The notes: generated from the sequence alone by a model not told the origin. Positions 49,601 through 61,725 are shown, counted from the stretch's first letter. The stretch: 64,000 nt of DNA from Alphaproteobacteria bacterium (GCA_963555825.3 CAUVXB020000001.1:1568001-1632000); one strand, 5' to 3'. A program made the numbers and translations.

Positions 49601-51183
49601 GTAACTGCCCAGGTAGCCGATGGCCGAGCGGCTGGATAGGACGGACGGGCAGATTTTGTAGGTTTGATGGACTGAATGCCTAGGTTTTGATTGACAAGCA
49701 GGGGGTGATGCGATTCAAGAATCCAATGAATCGTGAAGCCCTTGCCCTCTTGTCGAAAGACGAACTGATCGATTTGGTGCTGTCTCTGGCGGCACGGCTC
49801 GACGAACTCGAGCGCCGGCTCGGCCTGAACAGCACCAACAGCGGCAAGCCGCCGTCCAGCGATGGACTGAGCAAGCCGCCGGCGGGGAAGCAGAAGCGGC
49901 GGCGCACCGGGAGCCTGCGCGAGAAGTCGGGCCGCAAGCCGGGCGGGCAGAAGGGCCACGAGGGCGAGACCCTGCGCCAAGTCGCCGAACCCGACGCGAT
50001 TACCGATCATTATCCCGAGACCTGCCCGAACTGTGGTTCGGGATTGACGCCGGAGATGTCCACCGGCCATGGCGCCCGCCAGGTTTTCGATCTGCCCGAG
50101 CCCCGGCCCCTGGTGGTCATGGAGCATCGGGCGCATCGTTGCCGTTGCGGGCTATGTGGCAGGCAAACCAGGGCCGCCTTTCCCGCTGGCGTCACCGGCC
50201 CGGTGCGGTATGGCGCGCGGATCGGGGCCATGGTGGTCTACCTGTCGCACTACCAGCTCTTGCCCGAAGATCGTCTGGCCGAGTTGATGGCGGATCTGTT
50301 CGCCGTCGCCCTGGTTCCGGCGACCGTCGCGCGGATGGGCCGAAGCCGCGCCCGGCGCTTCGAAGGCGTCGTCGAGGTGATCCGCGACTTGGTGAAATCG
50401 GCGCCGGTCAAGCACATGGACGAGACCGGCTTGCGGGTCGGCGGGCGGACCCAATGGCTGCACGTCGCCTCGAGTGCCGGGCTGACCTTCTACCGGGTCT
50501 CGGCCGGGCGCGGCAGCCTGCTCGATGGCGTCGCCGGCATCGTCGTGCACGACCACTGGAAGCCGTACTTCACGATGCAAGGCGTGGACCATGCGCTGTG
50601 CAACGCCCATCACCTTCGAGAGTTGCAAGCCCTGATCGAGATCGAGAAGGAAGGCTGGGCGCGCAAGATGCAAAGGCTGCTCCGCCGTGCCTGCCACGCG
50701 GCAAACCTCGCCCGGGAGCGGGGCGTGGCGCTGCAACCGAGCCTCGTCGAAGGCTTCCGACGATGGTGGGACGCCATCACGGCCGAGGGCATCCGCTTTC
50801 ACGAGGCCCAGCCCCCGCTCGGCCCCGCACCGGCCGAGGGCCAGGCCAAGCGCCGTGGACGCAAGCCGCGCCGTACCGGCCACAACCTTCTCCTACGTCT
50901 TCAGGCGCGCAAGGAAGACGCGCTACGCTTCCTCGCCAACCTCGCCGTGCCCTTCACCAACAATCAGGCCGAGCAGGACGTGCGCATGGCGAAGCTCAAG
51001 CAGAAAATCTCCGGCGGCTTCCGATCCGAACAAGGGGCGAACGACTTCGCGACCATCCGCGGCTTCATCTCGACCGCCAAAAAACAGGGCTGGAACATCA
51101 TTCCCGCGCTCATGGAAAATCCCGAAACCCTGATCGCTCGTCTCCGCGACGCTTGATAGGCCCAGACCTACCTGGGCAGTTAC
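49601..51183 (+). mobile_element. IS66-family element, single-ORF (ISBst12-type)
   Basis: Perfect 16-bp IR GTAACTGCCCAGGTAG; 8-bp target duplication GCTTATTT at 49593-49600 and 51184-51191. Confidence 0.95.
49708..51156 (+). CDS. IS66 transposase
   Basis: NS.NS.KPPSSD, GGQ.GH.G, zinc finger, DETG, C.AH.LR, TNN.AE..VR..K. Confidence 0.95.
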   Translation: MRFKNPMNREALALLSKDELIDLVLSLAARLDELERRLGLNSTNSGKPPSSDGLSKPPAGKQKRRRTGSLREKSGRKPGGQKGHEGETLRQVAEPDAITDHYPETCPNCGSGLTPEMSTGHGARQVFDLPEPRPLVVMEHRAHRCRCGLCGRQTRAAFPAGVTGPVRYGARIGAMVVYLSHYQLLPEDRLAELMADLFAVALVPATVARMGRSRARRFEGVVEVIRDLVKSAPVKHMDETGLRVGGRTQWLHVASSAGLTFYRVSAGRGSLLDGVAGIVVHDHWKPYFTMQGVDHALCNAHHLRELQALIEIEKEGWARKMQRLLRRACHAANLARERGVALQPSLVEGFRRWWDAITAEGIRFHEAQPPLGPAPAEGQAKRRGRKPRRTGHNLLLRLQARKEDALRFLANLAVPFTNNQAEQDVRMAKLKQKISGGFRSEQGANDFATIRGFISTAKKQGWNIIPALMENPETLIARLRDA

Positions 51184-51200
51184 GCTTATTTCAAAAATAT

Positions 51201-51217
51201 AAATGGTGTCAGACACC
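51201..51217. repeat. REP-like palindrome, copy 2
   Basis: AAATGGTGTCAGACACC, identical to 49556-49572. Confidence 0.85.
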
Positions 51218-51259
51218 GTTATTTATAATGTCCCCCCGTGCGCCTCTACGCAGACGTTC

Positions 51260-51679
51260 CTAAATCTTCGCCTTGATGCGCTCGGCGGTGGCGGCGATGG
51301 CGGCCATGTCGCCGGGCACAATCGGCCAGTTCATGTTCAGGCCATCGTCGATCCGTCGCGGGATGACATGCATGTGGAAGTGCTGGACGCTCTGGGCGGC
51401 GGCCTCGCCGTTGCATTGCAGGAGGTTGAGGCCGGGCGGCTCGAGCGCCGCCTGGACCGCTTGCGCGACCTTGCGCGCCGTCGCGGACACCGCGCCGATG
51501 GCGTCTTCCGAGACCGCGACCACATCGGCGAAATGCGTCCTGGGGATGACCAGCACGTGGCCGTCGCCGACCGGGTTGATGTCCATGAAGGCCAGCGTCG
51601 CTTCGTCGTCGTAGACCTTGAAGCAGGGTATCTCGCCAGCGACGATCTTGCAGAAGATGCAGTCGACATCAGCGTTCAT
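51260..51679 (-). CDS. HIT family hydrolase
   Basis: CIFCKIV.GEIP, GH.LVIP, HFHMHVIPR. Confidence 0.95.
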   Translation of the reverse strand: MNADVDCIFCKIVAGEIPCFKVYDDEATLAFMDINPVGDGHVLVIPRTHFADVVAVSEDAIGAVSATARKVAQAVQAALEPPGLNLLQCNGEAAAQSVQHFHMHVIPRRIDDGLNMNWPIVPGDMAAIAATAERIKAKI

Positions 51680-51745
51680 GGCCGGGCTCCTCTCTGGTCG
51701 CGACAGCGCAAGGCACACCGAATCTGAAAGCTAACCACATGTGGT

Positions 51746-54412
<2,667 letters not shown>

Positions 54413-54419
54413 CGCGTGG

Positions 54420-56603
54420 CTATCCCTCGATCTTGGAAAAATCAGCAACCCGGTCGAGCGTCGCCCTGATCTGGCCCAGAAGCAACAGCCGGTTGCGCCT
54501 GAGATCGGCATCGTCGCAATTGACGGTGACGTTGTCGAAGAAGCCGTCGACCGGGCCGCGCAGCGTCGCCATCGCCGCCATCGCAGTGGCGAATTCCTCA
54601 CGCTCCAGCGCCGCCGAAGCTTGACCCGAGACCTCGAACAGGCGCTCGGCGACGGCCTTCTCATCGGCCTCGCGCAACAGCTCGGGGTCGACCGCCGTCC
54701 CGCCGTAGCTGACGCCGTCGCGCTTCTCCTCGATGCGCACGATGTTCGCCGCCCGGCGGTAGGCGGTCAGCAGGTGTTCGCCGTCCTCGCTGGCGACGAA
54801 GGCGCCGAGCGCATCGACCCGCGCCAAGAGCCGCACCAGATCGTCCTCGCCACCCAGCGCGAACACCGCTGAGACTAAATCGTGCCGCACGCCCGACTCG
54901 CGCAGATGCACCTTGAGCCGGTCGGCAAAGAAGCCGAGCAGATTCGAGCTAACTGTCTCGCGATCGTCGAGAACTGCAAGCGGTCCTACGTCGTCCCTGG
55001 CGATCTCGCCACGATCCGCATCATCAATTCCGGCGTCCAAATACGCATACTGTGTCGACTCGTGATTTTGGTATGCGCTCTCAAAAAGCTTTGTGAGCCC
55101 TAATCTAAGTTGGTTTTCGGTGACCAATCGAATGACCCCCAATGCTGCTCGACGCAATGCATAGGTATCCTTAGAGCCAGTCGGTGTCTCGCCGATTGCC
55201 CAAAAGCCGACGAGCGTGTCGATCTTGTCGGCGAGCGCAACGGCTATCGAGACCGGCGCGGTCGGGCAGCGGTCGTCGGGGCCTTGGGGCGCGTAGTGCT
55301 CGGCGATGGCGTCGGCGACCTCGGCCGGCTGACCATCGGCCAGCGCATAATACCGGCCCATGACACCCTGTAGCTCGGGGAATTCGCCGACCATCCCGGT
55401 CGTCAGGTCGGCCTTGGCGAGCTGCGCCGCCTCGCGCACCGCGCTCTCGTCGGCGCCAGGTACGAATTCGGCAACCGTGATGACCAATTGATCGATTCGC
55501 TCGATCTTCTCGCCCAGACTACCCAGCTTGGCGTGGAAGGTGACTCCGTCGAGGTCGGCGACGTGGCTTTCCAGCGAGCGTTTGCGGTCGGTGTCCCAGA
55601 AGAACTTGGCGTCGGCGAGGCGGGCGCGCAGCACGCGCTCGTTGCCGGCGACGATCTGCTTGCCGCCGTCGCCGGCGATCGCGTTGGCGACCATCAGGAA
55701 GCGCGGTGCCGGCGCACCCTCGGCGTCGGTCAGCGTGAAGTACTTCTGGTGGCTGCGCATCGCCGTCGTCAGCACCTCGGGCGGCAGATCCATAAAGGCA
55801 GGGTCGATCGCGCCGCTCAGCACGACCGGCCACTCGACCAGCCCGGCGTTCTCGGCGATCAGCGCCGCATCGGGGACCACGGTCAGGCCCTCGGCCTTGG
55901 CTTTGAGCGCGGCGTCCTGCTCGATGACCGCGCGGCGCTCGGCCGCGTCGAGCATGACATAAGCGGCGCGCAGCTTCTCGCGGTAGTCGTCGAAATCGGT
56001 GACGGCGAACGGCTCGGGCGCGAGAAAGCGATGGCCTCGGGTTTGGTTCGATGGAATTAAAGAACCATCGCCTGTGAGTGTCCTACTGTCGGATTTCGAG
56101 ATGGACGACGTCGGAATTGGGAAGTGCAGTACACGCCCACCAAAAATCACGAGAAGATTCTGAATCGGTCGAACCCATCGTAAATCCTTGTTGCCCCACC
56201 GCATGGATTTAGGCCACTGGAAATTCCAGATAGTTCGATAGACGATCTCATGGAGGATATCGTCAATGGGTCGTCCTTCGATTACTGCAAAATAAAACTC
56301 ACCCTTCTCGGTCTCGCGCGTCTCGACCCGGGTGCCCTCCGGCAATGACCCCTTGAAGCCCTCGACGGCTGCGGTCGGCGCGTCGGCGCGGGGTCCCCGG
56401 CGTTCTTTGTCCGGCTGTATCGCGGGGATTCCGTCGACCACAAGGGTCAGTCGCCTCGGCGTGGCAAATACGTTAGCGTTCTCGAACGAGAGCCCCGCTT
56501 CGTTAAGATCAACAGTCACCAAACGCTTGAGGTCGTCCGCCGCGCCCTCCTGCATGCGCGCCGGGATCTCTTCGGAGAGCAGTTCGAGCAGCAGTTCGGC
56601 CAC
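54420..56603 (-). CDS. glyS: glycyl-tRNA synthetase beta subunit
   Basis: ELLSEEIPA, TPRRL, PKSMRWG, GNERVLRARL.DA, MVGEFPELQG.MG, LADK.DTL. Confidence 0.97.
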   Translation of the reverse strand: MAELLLELLSEEIPARMQEGAADDLKRLVTVDLNEAGLSFENANVFATPRRLTLVVDGIPAIQPDKERRGPRADAPTAAVEGFKGSLPEGTRVETRETEKGEFYFAVIEGRPIDDILHEIVYRTIWNFQWPKSMRWGNKDLRWVRPIQNLLVIFGGRVLHFPIPTSSISKSDSRTLTGDGSLIPSNQTRGHRFLAPEPFAVTDFDDYREKLRAAYVMLDAAERRAVIEQDAALKAKAEGLTVVPDAALIAENAGLVEWPVVLSGAIDPAFMDLPPEVLTTAMRSHQKYFTLTDAEGAPAPRFLMVANAIAGDGGKQIVAGNERVLRARLADAKFFWDTDRKRSLESHVADLDGVTFHAKLGSLGEKIERIDQLVITVAEFVPGADESAVREAAQLAKADLTTGMVGEFPELQGVMGRYYALADGQPAEVADAIAEHYAPQGPDDRCPTAPVSIAVALADKIDTLVGFWAIGETPTGSKDTYALRRAALGVIRLVTENQLRLGLTKLFESAYQNHESTQYAYLDAGIDDADRGEIARDDVGPLAVLDDRETVSSNLLGFFADRLKVHLRESGVRHDLVSAVFALGGEDDLVRLLARVDALGAFVASEDGEHLLTAYRRAANIVRIEEKRDGVSYGGTAVDPELLREADEKAVAERLFEVSGQASAALEREEFATAMAAMATLRGPVDGFFDNVTVNCDDADLRRNRLLLLGQIRATLDRVADFSKIEG

Positions 56604-56606
56604 CGC

Positions 56607-57488
56607 TCAGTCCTCCAACGCGACGCCGCGGCTGATCAGCCACTGGCGGCAGCAGCCGCGCGCCAGCGCGCGCACCCGGCCGATGTAGGCGGCGCGCTCG
56701 GTGACGCTGATGACGCCGCGCGCGTCGAGCAAGTTGAACAGGTGGCTCGCCTTCATGCACTGGTCGTAGGCCGGCAGCGCGAGTCCGGCGGCGAGCAGCG
56801 ACGCGCATTCGCCTTCGGCGTCGGCGAAGTGGCGGGTCAGCATGTCGGTGTCGGCGTGCTCGAAGTTATAGGCCGAGAACTCGCGCTCGGACTGGTGGAA
56901 GACGTCGCCGTACGTCACCCCGGCGCCGTTCCAATCGAGGTCGTAGACGTTCTCGACGCCCTGGACGTACATCGCCAGACGCTCCAGCCCATAGGTGATC
57001 TCGCCCGAGACCGGGGCGCAGTCGTAGCCGCCGACCTGCTGGAAATAGGTGAACTGCGAGATTTCCATGCCGTCGCACCAGACCTCCCAGCCGAGCCCCC
57101 AGGCGCCCAGCGTCGGGCTCTCCCAATCGTCCTCGACGAAGCGGAGGTCGTGCACGCCAGCGTCGATGCCGATTGCCGCAAGGCTCGCCAGATAGACGTC
57201 CTGGAAGTCGTCGGGTGACGGTTTCTGGATGACCTGGAACTGGTAGTAGTGCTGCAGCCGGTTGGGATTTTCGCCATAGCGCCCGTCGGCCGGCCGGCGC
57301 GTCGGCTGGACATAGGCCGCGTTCCACGGCTCGGGCCCGAGCGCGCGCAGCGTGGTCGCCGGGTGGAAGGTGCCGGCGCCGACCTCCATGTCGTAGGGCT
57401 GCAAGATGACGCAGCCCTGCCCCGCCCAAAAGCGCTGCAAGGCCAGAATAAGGTCCTGAAAGGGCAGCGCCCCTTTGCGTTCCGCCAT
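56607..57488 (-). CDS. glyQ: glycyl-tRNA synthetase alpha subunit
   Basis: [44 protein letters not shown]. Confidence 0.98.
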   Translation of the reverse strand: MAERKGALPFQDLILALQRFWAGQGCVILQPYDMEVGAGTFHPATTLRALGPEPWNAAYVQPTRRPADGRYGENPNRLQHYYQFQVIQKPSPDDFQDVYLASLAAIGIDAGVHDLRFVEDDWESPTLGAWGLGWEVWCDGMEISQFTYFQQVGGYDCAPVSGEITYGLERLAMYVQGVENVYDLDWNGAGVTYGDVFHQSEREFSAYNFEHADTDMLTRHFADAEGECASLLAAGLALPAYDQCMKASHLFNLLDARGVISVTERAAYIGRVRALARGCCRQWLISRGVALED

Positions 57489-57747
57489 CGGCGGATGATC
57501 CCCGGCGTGAGGTTGCTGGCTCGACGGACGGTACGTGCCGCCCGATGCTGCGCCGCACCCTAAGGGCGCGGACGGGCGTGGTCAAGCGCCGCCGGGGCGG
57601 GTTCCTTGCACATCGTGCGATCAATTCGAACTGGTCGGAATCTACCAGCCTGCGACCGCAGGCCGCCGACCGTTCGGCGGAAGCATGCGCGGCGATTGAG
57701 CGCAGGTCACCGAAGGTGACCGTATCAAGAGATGACCGTACAAAAAA

Positions 57748-58020
57748 CTAAACTGCTTGCGGGCAGTCGGTGCGATCGCAGGCGCTTGCGCCTTGCGCGG
57801 CGACATAGTCACCGCACACCGGGCAGCTCACCATCTCCTCGGCGTCGCGCTGCGCGGCCGATGTGGCCGACGCGGCCGCGCCGCCCGAGGCCGTGGTCTT
57901 GCCGGCCTTGGCGGCGTTCTTGCGCGCCTGCTCCAACCGGCCAACGAACTTGAAGCCATACCACACCGCGGCGACGATTCCCGCCAGCACCATGAGTTTC
58001 GAAATGCTGAACCCGAACAT
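57748..58020 (-). CDS. small membrane-anchored protein with a C-terminal four-Cys zinc-ribbon-like motif
   Basis: N-terminal TM segment; CPVC...C...C; GGGGG RBS. Confidence 0.8.
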   Translation of the reverse strand: MFGFSISKLMVLAGIVAAVWYGFKFVGRLEQARKNAAKAGKTTASGGAAASATSAAQRDAEEMVSCPVCGDYVAAQGASACDRTDCPQAV

Positions 58021-58067
58021 GCCCCCTTTTAGGGGGCGCGGTCATGGGCGGTCAAGGATCGGAGGGC

Positions 58068-58733
58068 CTAAAACTTCACCCGCAACCCGGGCGGCGGGAA
58101 ATAGAGGTGGTCGGTCGCCTCGCGGGCGAGGTGGCAGCCGATGCAGAATTCGACGCGCTCGGCCCCTGCCCCGTTGGTCGCGCCCCATAGCTCGCCCTCG
58201 GGCGTCACCACGGAATAACGCCAGTCGCCCGAGACGTAGTTGAAACCGGTCGCCATCTTCTCCATGACGAAGATCGGTCCGGGCGCCGTCTCGCCGTCGG
58301 CGGTGGCGCGGATGCTGTCCTTGATCAGCACCGCGCCCTCGGGCAGCGGGCCGCTGCGCTCGTAGCGGCCATACGCCGCGCCGGCTTCGTTGGCGTAGTT
58401 GTTGACGTAGAGCTGGCCGTGGGTCGACGAGAGATAGGGCGCCGTGTTGAAGCGCCGCCAGTCGCGATAGCCAGCGCCGGCGGCGCGGCGGTAGGCCGCC
58501 TCGATGGCGGCGGATAGCCGCTGGTAGACCAAGCCCGCCTCGGTCGCGCCGAACCGTGCCGGCTTGCGCACGCGGAAGTGGCGGCGCGGTTGCTCCGGGT
58601 CGCCGCTGATCTGGGCGAGGACGAGCGGGGCCTCGGCCATCGCCGGCCCGACGAAGCGCGCGGCCGCGACGCCGACGACGGCTGCGGCGACGGCGGCCAA
58701 AGCCAGATATCGTGTCGCGGCTCGAAACGCCAT
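58068..58733 (-). CDS. cytochrome P460 family protein
   Basis: Signal peptide, GYRDW, P.GAVL.KD, M.K......GDW.Y, C-terminal CIGCH. Confidence 0.82.
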   Translation of the reverse strand: MAFRAATRYLALAAVAAAVVGVAAARFVGPAMAEAPLVLAQISGDPEQPRRHFRVRKPARFGATEAGLVYQRLSAAIEAAYRRAAGAGYRDWRRFNTAPYLSSTHGQLYVNNYANEAGAAYGRYERSGPLPEGAVLIKDSIRATADGETAPGPIFVMEKMATGFNYVSGDWRYSVVTPEGELWGATNGAGAERVEFCIGCHLAREATDHLYFPPPGLRVKF

Positions 58734-58910
58734 GCCTCGGGCTCGGGCTCCCTGGGCGGCGGTTATCGCCACCCCTTGAGAATTGAAGTTGGCTGGCGCG
58801 AGCGCGCCGGCAATCAACGATTTGTCACGATGCCGTGAGGATCGGCTCAACCCCGAGCGCGTCATGCGCTACCCTGTGCCCCCGTCGCCGAGCAGGAGAG
58901 CCGATTCATC

Positions 58911-59327
58911 GTGGCCGAGCGCCTCACTTCACTGGCAATTTCGCGGGGCGCGCTGGCGCTGGTCATGGTCGTCGCCGGCATGCTGCATTTCGTCGCGACC
59001 GATGCCTATGTCAGCGTCATGCCGGGTTACCTGCCGCTGCACAGGGAACTCGTCTATCTCAGCGGCATGTTCGAGGTTCTGTTCGGCCTCGGGCTGCTGT
59101 GGCGTAAATCCCGAGAGGCGGCCGGCATTGGCCTGATCGTGCTCTATCTCGCCGTCCTGCCCGCCAACATCAACATGGCGGTGCACGATATTCAGCCCGC
59201 CAGCTTTCACATTCCAACCTTTGCGCTATGGGCGCGGCTGCCCTTCCAGTTCGTCTTGATTTACTGGGCATGGCGCGTTTCCCGCCCGGAGCCGAACCGA
59301 GCCAAACCCCCGGCAAACGAAAATTAA
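58911..59327 (+). CDS. DoxX-like membrane protein
   Basis: AG..HF......MP, SG..E...G.GL, PANI.MA, RLP.Q. Confidence 0.85.
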   Translation: MAERLTSLAISRGALALVMVVAGMLHFVATDAYVSVMPGYLPLHRELVYLSGMFEVLFGLGLLWRKSREAAGIGLIVLYLAVLPANINMAVHDIQPASFHIPTFALWARLPFQFVLIYWAWRVSRPEPNRAKPPANEN

Positions 59328-59328
59328 T

Positions 59329-59398
59329 CGTAAGCAGTATATGTTTTCTCCACGCGACCCGACAGATGCGGGACGCCACTAAATGTATACTGCTTACG
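59329..59398. repeat. AT-rich inverted repeat between convergent genes
   Basis: CGTAAGCAGTATA ... TATACTGCTTACG, perfect 13 bp, extendable to 18 with two G-U pairs. Confidence 0.8.
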
Positions 59399-59434
59399 TT
59401 TTAGGAAGATCGGGCGGGTTGATCGCGGGTGGGG

Positions 59435-60298
59435 CTAGAGGCCGTAACGCGACCACCACAGGCGGTCTTCGATGGCGCCGATGACGCCGCTCGCCCAGTC
59501 GGCCGACTCGGCGGCCGGCGTGTCTCCGGAGCGGCCGAGGCGCGGCGGCCACCATTTGCGCGGCTCGCCGATGCGCTTGAAACGAACGGCCTCGCCGAAA
59601 CGCGCGCGCATGATGCCGCGTAACTCGCCGATGCCGTCGATCAGGCCGTATTCGAGCGCGCGGCGTCCGGTCCAGAAGGCGCCCGAGAACAGGTCGTCCT
59701 CGTCGCCCTGGAGACGCGTGCCACGCCGCGTGCGCACCAATTCCTTGAAGGCCTCGTGGATGTCGCCCTGCAGTTCGGCGAGGTGGGCGACGTCGGCCGG
59801 GTCCTCGGGGCGGAACGGGTCGAGCATCGCCTTTCTCGCGCCCGCCGTGTACAGGCGGCGCTCGATGCCGAAGCGCTCAATCGCCTTGTCGAGGCCAAAG
59901 CCCGACGCCACGACGCCGATCGAGCCGACGATCGAGGAACCGTCGGCGTGGATCTCGTCGGCCGCGAGCGCCAACCAATAGCCGCCCGAGGCGGCGACGT
60001 CCTCGACGAAGGCGACGACCGGCACGCCGTGCTCGTCGGCGAGCGCCCGGATACGCTTGTGGATCAGCGCCGACTGCACCGCCGAGCCGCCCGGCGAGTT
60101 GATCGCGAGCGCCACCGCGTCGACGCCGTCGAGCGTGAAGGCGCGCTCGAGCACACGCGCGAGACCGGCGAGCGACAGCCCACGGCGCAACGGCCCGATG
60201 TTGCCGATGATGCCGGCGAGCGTCACCACCGCGACCAGCGGCGGCGGGTTGCGGAAACGCTCGATCGGCAGTCTGGCGAGGAGTGAACGGAGTTTCAT
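59435..60298 (-). CDS. S49 family peptidase (SppA/SohB-like)
   Basis: INSPGGS, D.AASGGY, SIVGSIGV, FSG.FWTG. Confidence 0.95.
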   Translation of the reverse strand: MKLRSLLARLPIERFRNPPPLVAVVTLAGIIGNIGPLRRGLSLAGLARVLERAFTLDGVDAVALAINSPGGSAVQSALIHKRIRALADEHGVPVVAFVEDVAASGGYWLALAADEIHADGSSIVGSIGVVASGFGLDKAIERFGIERRLYTAGARKAMLDPFRPEDPADVAHLAELQGDIHEAFKELVRTRRGTRLQGDEDDLFSGAFWTGRRALEYGLIDGIGELRGIMRARFGEAVRFKRIGEPRKWWPPRLGRSGDTPAAESADWASGVIGAIEDRLWWSRYGL

Positions 60299-60340
60299 AT
60301 CGCTTAGATGGGGTGGCGGGCGCCCGATGCCAAGCGCCGC

Positions 60341-61516
60341 TCAGCGCAGCGCGTCGACCGCCGCCGAGAAGCGTTCGATCTCGTCGTCGGTGTTGTAGTA
60401 GTGCACCGAGGCGCGCATCAGCGTCGGAACGCTGCGCGCTTCCATGTCGAGGCGCGTCGAAAAGACGCTCGACGAGCTGGCATTGATGCCCTGGGCGACG
60501 AGCGCGCGCTCGGCCTCGGCCGCCTCGACGCCATCGATCGCGAAGGTGACGATGCCGCAACGCTCGGCGCCGATGTCGTGGACCGTCACGCCGGGCAGCG
60601 CCTCGAGGCGTTCGCGCAAGGCATCGGCGAGCCCATAGACCCGGTCACGGATGTCGACGATGCCCCAGCCGAGCGCATAGTCGATCGCGACGCCGAGGCC
60701 GACGCGGCCGGCGACGAAGCTCTCCCAGTTCTCGAAGCGGCGCGCATCGTCGCGCATTTCGTAGCGGTCGGGCGCCACCCAACTCGCGGCGTGCAGGTCG
60801 AGGAAGGGCGGCTCGAGGCGATCGAGCATGGCGTGCCGGACGTAGAGAAAACCGGTGCCGCGCGGACCGCGCAGATACTTCCGCCCGGTCGCCGACAGCA
60901 TGTCGCAGCCGATTTCCTCGACGTCGATCGGCAGTTGGCCGATCGATTGGCAGGCATCGAGCAGGTACGGCACGCCGGCGGCGCGCGCGACGCGGCCGAT
61001 CGCGGCGGCCGGATTGACCAGCCCACCGTTGGTCGGCACATGGGTGACCGAGATCAGCTTGACGCGGTCATCGATGGCGTCTTCCAGCGCGGCGACCGAG
61101 AGCTGGCCGGTCTCGTCGTTGTCGATCGCCTCGACCACGACGCCGGTCTTCCTGGCGACCTGCAGATACGCGATGTAGTTCGAGGCGTATTCGGCCTTGG
61201 CGGTCAGGATGCGATCGCCGGGTTTGAAGTCGAGCGCGTAGAACGCCATGTCCCAGGCGCGCGTCGCATTTTCGACGAAGGCGATCTCGTCGGCGCGGCA
61301 GTTGATCATCTCGGCCGCGGCGTCGTAGACGCGCTCGATCCGCGCCGCGGCCTGGTCCTCGGCCAGATAGCCGCCGATCTCGGCCTCGCGGCGCAGATGG
61401 CCGATCGTCGCGTCGAGCACGGCGTCAGGCATCAGCGCGGCGCCGGCGTTGTTGAAGTGAAGCGTGGTCTCGCAGCCCGGCGTCTCGCGGCGGGCGCGTT
61501 CGATATCGATCGGCAA
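60341..61516 (-). CDS. class V PLP-dependent aminotransferase / cysteine desulfurase-like
   Basis: HFNNAG, DACQS.GQ, ATGRKYLRGPRG.G, RAS.HYYN; TTG start with GAGGAG RBS. Confidence 0.92.
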   Translation of the reverse strand: MPIDIERARRETPGCETTLHFNNAGAALMPDAVLDATIGHLRREAEIGGYLAEDQAAARIERVYDAAAEMINCRADEIAFVENATRAWDMAFYALDFKPGDRILTAKAEYASNYIAYLQVARKTGVVVEAIDNDETGQLSVAALEDAIDDRVKLISVTHVPTNGGLVNPAAAIGRVARAAGVPYLLDACQSIGQLPIDVEEIGCDMLSATGRKYLRGPRGTGFLYVRHAMLDRLEPPFLDLHAASWVAPDRYEMRDDARRFENWESFVAGRVGLGVAIDYALGWGIVDIRDRVYGLADALRERLEALPGVTVHDIGAERCGIVTFAIDGVEAAEAERALVAQGINASSSSVFSTRLDMEARSVPTLMRASVHYYNTDDEIERFSAAVDALR

Positions 61517-61640
61517 GGCGTGACTCCTCGAGCATGCGATAGGGCACGCCTCTCCTATCTCAACTGGGCACGCGACGAAAGTGTGGAACGCCGCCTCGCC
61601 GTTTGCTATACAGCGCTCGCGCACAAGCGCGCACCACTGA

Positions 61641-61716
61641 TCCCCGGTAGCTCAGTTGGTAGAGCGGGTGGCTGTTAACCACCATGTCGCTGGTTCGAGT
61701 CCGGCCCGGGGAGCCA
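61641..61716 (+). tRNA. tRNA-Asn (GTT)
   Basis: TCCCCGGTAGCTCAGTTGGTAGAGC GGGTGG CT GTT AA CCACC...GGTTCGAGTCC...GGGGAGCCA, 76 nt. Confidence 0.97.
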
Positions 61717-61725
61717 AATTAAACG

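Noticed and set aside
54865-56530. Intein, intron or classical DGR target in glyS
   Set aside because: No intein termini, the frame is continuous, and there is no template repeat or reverse transcriptase in the window
59322-59405. Integron attC or dif site
   Set aside because: Lacks proper RYYYAAC/GTTRRRY ends and the XerD-arm consensus; no integrase nearby
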